Assembly (NCBI GenBank): GCA_031420415.1
Contig: JANOMT010000039.1
Location: forward strand, 12,818-76,817
Reading direction: 5' to 3'
Source: Vulcanimicrobiota bacterium
GTDB lineage: Bacteria > Vulcanimicrobiota > Vulcanimicrobiia > Vulcanimicrobiales > Vulcanimicrobiaceae
Length of the DNA: 64,000 nucleotides
This document shows positions 10,157-18,634 of the stretch, piece after piece (the stretch's first letter is position 1; each line of letters starts with the position of its first letter). The notes below the pieces were generated by a model. It did not search any database and had not been told where the DNA came from. It saw nothing but the letters and a program-made list of their open reading frames with translations. Both the position numbers and the translations under genes were made by a program.

Positions 10157-11304
10157 ATCCGGCGATCGCCGCGGTCACGGGGTCGACGATCCGCGCGTTG
10201 CATGCAAAGCGTCGCCCGACATCGATCAACTTGGGCATCGGCGAGCCGACGCTTCGTCCGAATATCGCGCATTTCGAAGCGGCGACGCGCTGGATCGCCG
10301 AGAACGGCTGTCGTTATTCGACGAATATCGGCGACGCGGATCTCCGCGCGGCGATTGCCGCCAAGTATGCGTACCCGACGCTCGCGCACGCCGACAACGT
10401 TTGTATCACCACGGGCTCGCAAGAAGCCGTGTACGTAGCGATGCGAACGTTGCTCGATCCCGCCGTCGACGAGGTGCTCGTCGTCGAACCCGCATTTCCG
10501 GTGTACGTGAAGATCGCGCAGATCGAAGGCGTGCGTTGCAATCGCGTCGCGATCGATCCACAGGCGACCGACGCGTTCGATGCCGAGACGATTCTCGCAG
10601 CCGTCACACCCGCGACGCGACTCATCGTGATCTGTTCGCCATGTAACCCCACGGGTCGCGTCATCACGCGGGCGACGGTGAAGCGTATCGCAGGCGGTCT
10701 CCTCGCACGTGGCGGCGAGCCCGTCTACGTTTTACACGACGAGATCTACCGAGAACTCACCTATACCGACGATGTGGGGGAATTCGGAAAAGTATACCCC
10801 TATACGATCTCGATTAACTCGCTCTCGAAATCAAACGCGCTCACGGGTCTGCGGATCGGCTGGATGATGGCGCCCGCGGAGATCATGCCGCAGTTCGTGA
10901 AAATGCACGGGTGGCTAACGTCGTGCGCGAGTACGTTCGCGATGCGCGTCGCGATGGAAATTTTCCGCGCGGACGATCTCGGCTCGCACCTGCCATGGTA
11001 TGAAGCGCAGCGCACGCGCGTCATCGAAGCGCTCCATGCGTCGGGCCTCGATTTCGTGCGACCCGACGGCGGATTCTACGCCTGCGTGCGCGTCGGCGAT
11101 CCGTCGATGGATACGCTCGCATTCGCAGAAGCGCTCATCGACGAACGCGACGTCGTTGCCATACCCGGTCATATTTTTTCGCCCACGATGGCGGGTTGGT
11201 TGCGGACGAGCTTCGTCGGCGAAATATCGCACGTTGCCGAAGGCTTCGCTCGCATCGCGAGCTTCGCATCGGAACGAGGGTCATTCGCGGTTCGATCGGG
11301 ATAA
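10153..11304 (+). CDS. class I/II pyridoxal-phosphate-dependent aminotransferase (possibly the DapC-type partner of dapD)
   Basis: 383 aa. It has the SLSKS lysine motif (INSLSKSNALTGLRIGW) and an ATGA overlap with the dapD stop. Confidence 0.85.
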   Translation: MNPAIAAVTGSTIRALHAKRRPTSINLGIGEPTLRPNIAHFEAATRWIAENGCRYSTNIGDADLRAAIAAKYAYPTLAHADNVCITTGSQEAVYVAMRTLLDPAVDEVLVVEPAFPVYVKIAQIEGVRCNRVAIDPQATDAFDAETILAAVTPATRLIVICSPCNPTGRVITRATVKRIAGGLLARGGEPVYVLHDEIYRELTYTDDVGEFGKVYPYTISINSLSKSNALTGLRIGWMMAPAEIMPQFVKMHGWLTSCASTFAMRVAMEIFRADDLGSHLPWYEAQRTRVIEALHASGLDFVRPDGGFYACVRVGDPSMDTLAFAEALIDERDVVAIPGHIFSPTMAGWLRTSFVGEISHVAEGFARIASFASERGSFAVRSG

Positions 11305-11312
11305 AGAGAGAG

Positions 11313-11346
11313 AAAGACCCAGGACCACGCGTGGCCCCGGATCTTT
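11313..11346. terminator. imperfect palindrome between convergent gene ends (candidate bidirectional terminator)
   Basis: AAAGACCCAGGACCACGC/GTGGCCCCGGATCTTT with a CCACGCGTGG core. It lies between the aminotransferase stop and the stop of the small minus-strand ORF. There is no clear U-tract. Confidence 0.35.
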
Positions 11347-11352
11347 GCTCGA

Positions 11353-11613
11353 TTAGGTCGCGGCCGGAGCCGGTGCGGACACGGCGGGGGCAGCGGGGGC
11401 GGCGTTCTGACCGTTCGCGCCGTTGGCGCCTGCGGGACCCGGATCGCCTTTGGCGCCCGGCTGCGTGATGACGGTCGTGGTCGACGTGGGCTGCGCGTTC
11501 CACGGTTGCCACACGAAGAGTGCGATTGCCGCGATGACCACGATTGCGAGGATCGCGATGATCGCCGTATTGTTCGATCCGCTCTCGGTCGTATTTTTCA
11601 AAATCAACTCCAT
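11353..11613 (-). CDS. small single-pass membrane protein with a short collagen-like G-X-Y stretch (hypothetical)
   Basis: ORF 11353..11637, start taken at MELILKN. It has a TM helix (AIIAILAIVVIAAIALFVW), then GAKGDPGPAGANGANGQN (6 G-X-Y triplets) and an Ala/Pro tail. Third codon positions are strongly G/C in this frame. Confidence 0.45.
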   Translation of the reverse strand: MELILKNTTESGSNNTAIIAILAIVVIAAIALFVWQPWNAQPTSTTTVITQPGAKGDPGPAGANGANGQNAAPAAPAVSAPAPAAT

Positions 11614-11699
11614 TCCGGTTCGTTGCGAACCAAGCAACGTGCTTCTACCCGAAACGCTCGCTCGCTAAGCAAGTACGGGCTTCGAAACTCGCGACGCAC

Positions 11700-13130
11700 T
11701 TACTCGCTCGGCGTGTCGCTTCGGTGCGCGTGGGCGTCATTCGTCGGCCCGATCCAAACGGTTTGAATGTTCACGAATTCATGAATGCCGAACGAGGCGA
11801 GTTCGCGGCCGTAACCGCTGAGCTTGACGCCGCCGAAGGGTAATCGCGGATCCGAGGCCGTCATGCCGTTAATGAAGACGCCGCCGGATTCGAGGCGTGC
11901 GGCGAGTTCTTCGGCGCGCGCGATGTCGCGCGTCCACAGGTTTCCACCGAGTCCATATTGCGACGCGTTGGCGAGGTCCACGGCGTGATCGGCATCGGTC
12001 GCACGGATGACGGCTGCCGCCGGGCCGAACGTCTCTTCGCGAAACATCGTCATCTCCGACGTCACGTTCGCGACGATCGTCGCCTCATAAAAATTTCCGG
12101 GACCGTCGATTGCGTGTCCGCCGGTGACGAGCGTCCCGCCTTCGGCGATCGTGGCGCGTACCTGACGATCGAGATCGTCACGGAGGTCGGCGCGCGCGAG
12201 CGGTCCGAGGTTGGTTGCGGGATCGAGTGGATTGCCGATCGCGATCGCTCGTGTATGGCGCACGAACGCTTCGAGAAACGCATCGTAGACCGGTGCCTCG
12301 ACGATGAAACGTTTGGCCGCGATGCAGCTCTGGCCGTTATTCTGAAAACGCGCCCGCACGGCCATCTTCGCCGCCGCTTCGATGTCGGCGTCGGCCAGGA
12401 CGATGAACGCATCGGAGCCGCCGAGTTCGAGCACGGTTTTCTTGAGGTGCGCTCCGGCAACCGAAGCGACCGCGGAGCCTGCGGCCTCGCTTCCGGTGAG
12501 CGTCACGCACGCGACGCGTTTGTCGGCGACGATCGCCTCCATATCCTTGCCCGCAACGACGAGCGTGGCGAAGCAGCCTTCGGGGAAACCCGCGTCGATG
12601 AAGATCTTTTCGATCGCGAACGCACAGCCCGTTACGTTCGCCGCGTGTTTGAGGACGACGACGTTTCCGGCAACGAGTGCGGGGGCCGCGGCGCGGAAGA
12701 CCTGCCAATACGGAAAATTCCATGGCATGATCGCGAGCAAGGTGCCGAGCGGACGATACGCGACGTAGCTTTTCGTCGCCGACGACGGCGTGAGCGTATC
12801 GGCAAGATAGCGCGGGCCTTCGTCTGCGTAATGCTCGCAACCGATCGCGCACTTTTCAACTTCGGCTGCGGCTTCGGCAAAGGTCTTGCCCATCTCGCGC
12901 GTCGCGAGCGTGGCGAGTTCGGACTTGCGCGCGCGCAGGACGTGCGCAGCTTCGCGGACGAGTGCCGCGCGTTCGATAACCGGGGTGGCGCGCCACACGC
13001 GTTGCGTCGCGACGGCGCGATCGAGCGTCGCATCGATCGTGGCTTTGCCGTGAACATCGTACGTTGCAAGCGACGCACCCGTCGCAGGGTCGATCGTCGT
13101 GATGGTTACGGAATGGGCAGTCGCGGTCAC
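11700..13130 (-). CDS. NAD(P)-dependent aldehyde dehydrogenase (succinate-semialdehyde dehydrogenase-like)
   Basis: 476 aa. It has ELGGSD and the catalytic-Cys motif NNGQSCIAAKR, and is full length for the ALDH family. Confidence 0.9.
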   Translation of the reverse strand: MTATAHSVTITTIDPATGASLATYDVHGKATIDATLDRAVATQRVWRATPVIERAALVREAAHVLRARKSELATLATREMGKTFAEAAAEVEKCAIGCEHYADEGPRYLADTLTPSSATKSYVAYRPLGTLLAIMPWNFPYWQVFRAAAPALVAGNVVVLKHAANVTGCAFAIEKIFIDAGFPEGCFATLVVAGKDMEAIVADKRVACVTLTGSEAAGSAVASVAGAHLKKTVLELGGSDAFIVLADADIEAAAKMAVRARFQNNGQSCIAAKRFIVEAPVYDAFLEAFVRHTRAIAIGNPLDPATNLGPLARADLRDDLDRQVRATIAEGGTLVTGGHAIDGPGNFYEATIVANVTSEMTMFREETFGPAAAVIRATDADHAVDLANASQYGLGGNLWTRDIARAEELAARLESGGVFINGMTASDPRLPFGGVKLSGYGRELASFGIHEFVNIQTVWIGPTNDAHAHRSDTPSE

Positions 13131-13214
13131 GGTTGTAGTCCCTCGTCGATCTCGATTGGGTAGTCGGGGTGAAGATACCGGTTTGCAGCGTGGATCAAAC
13201 GCGTCCCGTCCATC

Positions 13215-14054
13215 CTAGATGCCGAAGTTCTGCGCGATGACCTCGGCGAGCGCGCGACGCCCCACCAGACCGATCAGTTCGCTTCGTTCCACCGCGACGC
13301 CGTGCGCGCGCGCGTAAGCGGCGATCGTGCCGACGACGCGATGTAACGGGGTGGCGTCGGCATCGGTGATATTGCAAGAAACCTGCACCCGCTTGCCATC
13401 GAGGGCGATGCCCAAGACCCGCAACGTTTGCAGACCGCCGCCGCGTTCGCGCAGGTCGCGGGCGATGGCGCGTGCGAGGGCGAGATCGCCCGTCGCGAGG
13501 ACGACGTTGAAGGCGATCAGCGGCATGCGCGCGCCGATCGCCACCGCTCCCGCACTCGGATGGACCGCAACGTCGCCGACATCGGGTTCGCCGAAACGAT
13601 GGCCGCGAGCGACGAGCGCTTCAAATTCCCCCGCGCGAACATCCGCGAGGAGGCGACGTTCGGGGCGCGTCGCGGCGGCACCGTAGAAGACGCTCGGCAA
13701 CGCACATGCGCTCCAGAGGATGCGCCCGGCCTCATGTGCGAGATCGCGCGCGTCGACGAGCGTCGCCGTGCCGAACGGCACGATCGGGACGACGTCGAGC
13801 GCACCGATGCGGGGATGGGCTCCACGACGCGTGCGGAGATCGATCTGCGCCGTCGTAACGTGCGCGAGGGCGACGATCGCTGCGAGCACCCCTTCGCGCG
13901 CGCCGAAGAACGTGAAGACGCTGCGATCGTGAACCGCGTCGCTCGTACGATGCGCGAGCTTCACACCCGCGCTTTCGATCGCACGCGCACACGCGTCGAG
14001 AACTGGAGCATCGCGGCCATTGGAAATGTTCGGCACGCATTGGAAGACGTGCAT
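13215..14054 (-). CDS. glutamate formimidoyltransferase (FtcD N-terminal domain family)
   Basis: ORF 13215..14534 trimmed to MHVFQCVPNISNGRD (ATG at 14054, 2 nt after the radA stop). The CVPN.S.GR start is typical of the family. The upstream 160 codons are Arg-rich overlap with radA. Confidence 0.8.
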   Translation of the reverse strand: MHVFQCVPNISNGRDAPVLDACARAIESAGVKLAHRTSDAVHDRSVFTFFGAREGVLAAIVALAHVTTAQIDLRTRRGAHPRIGALDVVPIVPFGTATLVDARDLAHEAGRILWSACALPSVFYGAAATRPERRLLADVRAGEFEALVARGHRFGEPDVGDVAVHPSAGAVAIGARMPLIAFNVVLATGDLALARAIARDLRERGGGLQTLRVLGIALDGKRVQVSCNITDADATPLHRVVGTIAAYARAHGVAVERSELIGLVGRRALAEVIAQNFGI

Positions 14055-14056
14055 CG

Positions 14057-15427
14057 TTAGCCGAGAACATCTGCCACGGCGCCCGCGATGTCGCGTGCGA
14101 CGAGCGTGCCGTCGTCGCCCGATCGCGGCGGCCCCGGCGGCGCGACGATCGAGCTGAAACCGAGTTTGCGCGCTTCGCTCGCGCGACGCGCGCGCTGCGA
14201 GACCGCCCGAACTTCGCCCGAGAGCCCGAGTTCGCCGAAGGCGACCGTGCCCGCAGGGAGCGCAACGCCGCGAAATGCCGAGGCGACGGCGAGCGCGATA
14301 CCGAGATCGGCTGCGGGTTCGTTGATGCGCAAGCCGCCGGCAACCGACGCGTAAACATCGTGTGCGCCGAGATGCATCCCCGCGCGGCGCTCGAGCACCG
14401 CGAGGATCATCGCAAGCCGCGCGCGATCGACGTTTGCGGCAAGCCGTTGCGGCGTGCCGTAACTCGTCTCGCCGACGAGGGCTTGGATTTCGACGAGCAC
14501 CGGTCGCGAGCCGACGATGCTCGCGACGATGCACGAACCGCTCGGCCGCGATGCGTTTCCGCCGCGCCCCAAAAAAAGCTCCGAGGGATTGGCGACTTCA
14601 TGGAGCCCGCGCTCGTCCATCAAAAAAACACAAATTTCGTCGGCACTCCCGAAGCGATTTTTATGCGCGCGAACGATCCGATATTCGGCGCCGTTTTCGC
14701 CCTCGAAGTACAGCACCGTATCGACGAGATGTTCGAGCAGGCGCGGTCCCGCGATCGAGCCATCTTTCGTAACGTGGCCGACCACGAAGGTCGCGCAATC
14801 GGTGCGCTTTGAAAACTCCATGAGCGCGGTCGCACAATCGCGAACCTGAGCGACGCTGCCCGCAAACGACTCGACTTCCGGAAGCGCCATCGTCTGAATC
14901 GAATCGACGACGAGCGCACGCGGCTTGATGCGCTCGAGCGCGTCGAGAATCGCGCGCAGATCGGTCTCGGCAAAAAGGAGCAGATCGTCGCTTGCGTGCA
15001 AGCGCTCCGCGCGTAATTTTGTTTGCGCGGCCGATTCTTCGCCACAAACGTAGACCACGGGGCCACCGCCTCGCGCGAGGTTCGCGGCCAGTTGCAACAG
15101 CAGCGTCGATTTGCCCGCGCCGGGTGGGCCGCCCAAGAGCACGAGACTCCCGGGAACGATGCCGCCACCGAGCAGCGTGTCGAATTCCGGCATGCCGCTT
15201 GCGATGCGGGCGATCGAGCCGCTAGGCACGTCTCCGAGGCGAATCGGTGCGCGTACGAGCGTGCCACCGCCCGCGAGTCGCCGCGCGGATCCGACGCGCG
15301 ATGTCGGTGCCGCTTGCGGTGCTTCGGCAAACGTGTTCCAGGCATCGCAGGCGGGGCAGCGCCCGAGCCAGCGCATCGATTCGTGGCCGCAACCGGAACA
15401 GAAGAAGACCGCGCGCGTTTTTGCCAT
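14057..15427 (-). CDS. radA: DNA repair protein RadA
   Basis: ORF trimmed to MAKTRAVFFCSGCGHESMRWLGRCPACDAWNTF (zinc finger). It has a Walker A (GGPPGAGKST), a KNRFG motif and a Lon-like C-terminal domain. Confidence 0.95.
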   Translation of the reverse strand: MAKTRAVFFCSGCGHESMRWLGRCPACDAWNTFAEAPQAAPTSRVGSARRLAGGGTLVRAPIRLGDVPSGSIARIASGMPEFDTLLGGGIVPGSLVLLGGPPGAGKSTLLLQLAANLARGGGPVVYVCGEESAAQTKLRAERLHASDDLLLFAETDLRAILDALERIKPRALVVDSIQTMALPEVESFAGSVAQVRDCATALMEFSKRTDCATFVVGHVTKDGSIAGPRLLEHLVDTVLYFEGENGAEYRIVRAHKNRFGSADEICVFLMDERGLHEVANPSELFLGRGGNASRPSGSCIVASIVGSRPVLVEIQALVGETSYGTPQRLAANVDRARLAMILAVLERRAGMHLGAHDVYASVAGGLRINEPAADLGIALAVASAFRGVALPAGTVAFGELGLSGEVRAVSQRARRASEARKLGFSSIVAPPGPPRSGDDGTLVARDIAGAVADVLG

Positions 15428-15522
15428 CGCGTGCAAGCGTAGCGTGCACGAGTGCCAACGTCCTGGCGCACTTTGGCGAGCGGAGGGAGGCGAGCGGTGT
15501 GCGCGAACGGTCGCGCCTCGGC

Positions 15523-16197
15523 ATGGGTGGCTTCGCACACGTCGCGATCGACGGGCCCGCGGGAAGCGGAAAAACGTCCGTCGCGCACGCTCTCGCGCGC
15601 GATCTCGGCATTTTGTATCTCGACACGGGAGCGATGTATCGTGCCGTCGCCCTCGCGACGCTCCAGGCCGGGGTCGACCCGACCGACGGCATGGCCGTGG
15701 CCGAACTGGCACGTACCGAACCCGTTCGTGCCGAACCCGATCGCACCGCCGAGCGGGGATTCCGCATCTTCGTCGGTGCGCGCGAATTCGGCCAGGAGCT
15801 CTATGCAAACGACGTGAGTCGCGTCGTCTCGGTGGTTGCCGCGCACGCCGATCTGCGCGCGATTCTCGTCGGGCGCCAGCGTGCGATCGCAGCCGAGCGC
15901 GCCGTGATCATGGCTGGCCGCGATATCGGCACGATCGTCTTGCCCGATGCGCCGACCAAAATTTTCTTGACCGCGAGCGTCGAGGAGCGCGTCGATCGTC
16001 GTCTCGCCGAGCTTGCGGCTCGTGGAACGGTCGTGGATCGCGCCGAGCTTCACGCCGAGATCGTCGAACGCGACGGGCTCGATACGACGCGTGCGACCGC
16101 GCCGCTCGTCGCCGCTGCCGATGCCGTCGAGATCGATTCGACGGGCCTCTCGATCGCCCAGGTCGTCGCACGTATCGCGGCGCTCGTGCGCGCGTGA
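15523..16197 (+). CDS. cmk: (d)CMP kinase
   Basis: ORF 15247..16197 trimmed to MGGFAHVAIDGPAGSGKTSVA (P-loop). It also has LDTGAMYR. Confidence 0.9.
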   Translation: MGGFAHVAIDGPAGSGKTSVAHALARDLGILYLDTGAMYRAVALATLQAGVDPTDGMAVAELARTEPVRAEPDRTAERGFRIFVGAREFGQELYANDVSRVVSVVAAHADLRAILVGRQRAIAAERAVIMAGRDIGTIVLPDAPTKIFLTASVEERVDRRLAELAARGTVVDRAELHAEIVERDGLDTTRATAPLVAAADAVEIDSTGLSIAQVVARIAALVRA

Positions 16198-16817
16198 GAA
16201 CGGTGAACCCGGGCGAATTCGACGTCGATTTTTACGCATCGGCCAAGGGCTTCGTGCGGATATTCATGACGCTCGTCGGCCGGATCGAGGTGATCGGGCG
16301 CGAAAACGTCCCGCTCACGGGGCCGCTGATCATCGCTTGCAACCACGTGGCCTACCTCGACCCACCTGCGCTCGGATGCATGTCGCCACGCCCCGTCTTT
16401 TACATGGCGAAAAAAGAACTCTTCGATATTTTTTTCCTCGGGAAGTTGATCCGGAAGCTGGGCGCCTTTCCCGTCGACCGAAGCCGCGGGGACACGCCGG
16501 CGATGAAGGCGGCACTGCGCGTCTTGCAGACGGGGGCCGCTCTCGGCATATTTCCGGAAGGCACCCGAAATCCGGAGCGTCTGGTCGTACCCCAAGTCGG
16601 CGTCGCGTTTCTCGCTGCCGTCTCTGGGGCGACGGTCATTCCCGCTTTTGTCGACGGAACGACCAACGCGAAGCAGTTCAAGCAGATCACGGTCATCTTT
16701 GGAAAGCCCATCGAAAACAAGTTGCCGCGAAAAGCGAGCCGCGAAGCGTTGGCGAAGTATACGGATGACCTCATGGGTCGGATTTACGCGTTGCGGGAGA
16801 ACATCGATGGAAATTAA
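16194..16817 (+). CDS. plsC: 1-acyl-sn-glycerol-3-phosphate acyltransferase
   Basis: This is the C-terminal part of ORF 15111..16817. It has the acyltransferase motifs NHVAYLDP (HX4D) and FPEGTR. The start is uncertain: GTG at 16194 overlapping the cmk stop, or GTG at 16203. Confidence 0.8.
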   Translation: MRTVNPGEFDVDFYASAKGFVRIFMTLVGRIEVIGRENVPLTGPLIIACNHVAYLDPPALGCMSPRPVFYMAKKELFDIFFLGKLIRKLGAFPVDRSRGDTPAMKAALRVLQTGAALGIFPEGTRNPERLVVPQVGVAFLAAVSGATVIPAFVDGTTNAKQFKQITVIFGKPIENKLPRKASREALAKYTDDLMGRIYALRENIDGN

Positions 16818-17655
16818 GAAGGCGAAAACCCAAGGCTTCTGCTTTGGCGTCGCCATCACGCTGAAAAAAGCGGAGGAGACGGTCGCGAATCCCACAAGCG
16901 GCCCCGTCACCACGCTCGGCCACATCGTCCACAATCCGCAAATGGTTCAATCGTTCGAAGAAAAGGGCCTCATCAACGCGCAGTCCATCGACGACGTCGA
17001 CTCGGGCACGCTCTTCGTGCGCGCGCACGGTCTCCCCGTCGAGGTCTTCGAAAAGGCCAATGCCAAGGGCCTCACCATCATCGATGCGACCTGCCCGATG
17101 GTTACGAAAATTCACGTCCAGGCCGAGCGGCTCCGCGCCGACGGCTACAAGATCGTCGTCGTCGGCGATCCGAACCATCCCGAGGTCAAAGGCACGCTCT
17201 CGCACGTTCCCGGCGCCTGGATTGTACAATCTCCCGAAGACGTCGATGCGTTGCCGCGTGCGAGTCGCATCGGCGTGGTCGTGCAGTCGACGTGGTCGGG
17301 TGCGGGCTTTACCGAGATCGTAAAGAAGTTAAGTTCCAAGTACTACGACGTGCGCGCGGTCAATACGATCTGCACCGATACGCACAATCGCCAGTCCGAA
17401 GCCGAGAAGCTCGCGACCGAGGTCGAGGTGATGGTCGTCGTCGGCGGCAAGACGTCTGCGAATACGAAGCATCTCGCGGATCTCGCCGCGACACGCGGCG
17501 CGGTCTCCTATCATATCGAAGGCCCCGACGAATTGCAGCCGCAGTGGTTCGCGGGAATCCACACCGCGGGCCTCATGTCGGGCGCGTCGACGCCGGGCTG
17601 GCTCGTCGATAAGGTGGAAGCGCAAATGGAGGCATTGAGCCGTCGAGCTAGTTAG
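16807..17655 (+). CDS. ispH: 4-hydroxy-3-methylbut-2-enyl diphosphate reductase
   Basis: ORF trimmed to MEIKKAKTQGFCFGV. It has HNPQMV, DATCP and TICTDT cysteine motifs. It overlaps the plsC stop. Confidence 0.9.
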   Translation: MEIKKAKTQGFCFGVAITLKKAEETVANPTSGPVTTLGHIVHNPQMVQSFEEKGLINAQSIDDVDSGTLFVRAHGLPVEVFEKANAKGLTIIDATCPMVTKIHVQAERLRADGYKIVVVGDPNHPEVKGTLSHVPGAWIVQSPEDVDALPRASRIGVVVQSTWSGAGFTEIVKKLSSKYYDVRAVNTICTDTHNRQSEAEKLATEVEVMVVVGGKTSANTKHLADLAATRGAVSYHIEGPDELQPQWFAGIHTAGLMSGASTPGWLVDKVEAQMEALSRRAS

Positions 17656-17683
17656 CGCCATCGAGGCACATCTCGCGCGGACG

Positions 17684-18634
17684 GTGGAGCGCTATCGCGG
17701 CCCATCCCCGATCTACGAGATGATCCGCTATCATTTCGGTTACGACGCCCTCGCGAGCATGAAAGTGGGGAAACGTCTGCGCCCGCAATTGCTCTTGCGA
17801 ACCGCGCTCGAAGAAGGCGGTCCGATCGAATGTGCGATCGATGCCGCCGTCGCGATCGAGATCCTGCACAACTATTCTCTCGTTCACGACGACATCGAAG
17901 ATGGCGACGAAATCCGTCACGGGCGCACGACGATCTGGGCGCGGTACGGGATCGCGCACGGCATCAACGTGGGCGATGGCCTCTGCGCGATCAGTTACCT
18001 GACACTGTTGCATGAAGAAGCTGGCGCGCCGCCGGACCGCGTCGTCGAGATGTTGCACGTCTTGCACGAGGCCAACTTGCGGATGTGCGAGGGGCAAGGG
18101 CTCGACATCGAGTTCGAAACGAAATCGCTCGTGTCGATGCCGCAATATCTCGAGATGATCGCCGGGAAAACGGGTGCGCTCTTCGCTGCGTCGTGTCAAC
18201 TCGGTGCACTCGCCGCTGGCGCCGAAAAAGCCCGCGCGGAGCGCTACGGCGCGCTCGGGCGCGCGTACGGGCTCGCGTTTCAAATTCGCGATGACGCGCT
18301 GGGTACGTGGGGCGCAACGACGGTGACGGGTAAGCCCAGCGGCGCCGATATCGCGCGCCGAAAATGGGGCTTTCCCGTGGTGTGGGCGCTCGGTCTTCCC
18401 CCTTCGGACGATCGCAGCATCGTGGAAAGCGCGTATGCCGCAGGCGTGCCCCTCGCGCCGGATCGCGTGCGCGCCGTGATCGCCGCGCTCGAACGCCTTG
18501 GCGCCCGCGATGCCGCCGACGACGCGCACGATCGCGCGCTCGACGACGCCGATCGCGTCGCGAGCGAATCTTCGATCGACGTGAATCGATCGATACGAAA
18601 CTTCCTGGCCGAAGGAGCTCGTCGCGTTGCGTAG
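17684..18634 (+). CDS. polyprenyl diphosphate synthase (GGPP synthase-like)
   Basis: First Asp-rich motif LVHDDIEDGDEIRHG and second motif FQIRDDALG. It has a GTG start. Confidence 0.9.
   Translation: MERYRGPSPIYEMIRYHFGYDALASMKVGKRLRPQLLLRTALEEGGPIECAIDAAVAIEILHNYSLVHDDIEDGDEIRHGRTTIWARYGIAHGINVGDGLCAISYLTLLHEEAGAPPDRVVEMLHVLHEANLRMCEGQGLDIEFETKSLVSMPQYLEMIAGKTGALFAASCQLGALAAGAEKARAERYGALGRAYGLAFQIRDDALGTWGATTVTGKPSGADIARRKWGFPVVWALGLPPSDDRSIVESAYAAGVPLAPDRVRAVIAALERLGARDAADDAHDRALDDADRVASESSIDVNRSIRNFLAEGARRVA

Noticed and set aside
13215-15808. The long N-terminal extensions of the track ORFs for ftcD (13215..14534), radA (14057..15808), cmk (15247..), plsC (15111..), ispH, thiL, cysE, cysS, recA, GH125, rplK, rplJ and the esterase.
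   Set aside because: The track reports the longest ATG/GTG/TTG-initiated ORF. The extensions are Arg-rich, overlap the neighbouring gene, and precede obvious conserved N-termini. I trimmed starts to those N-termini.
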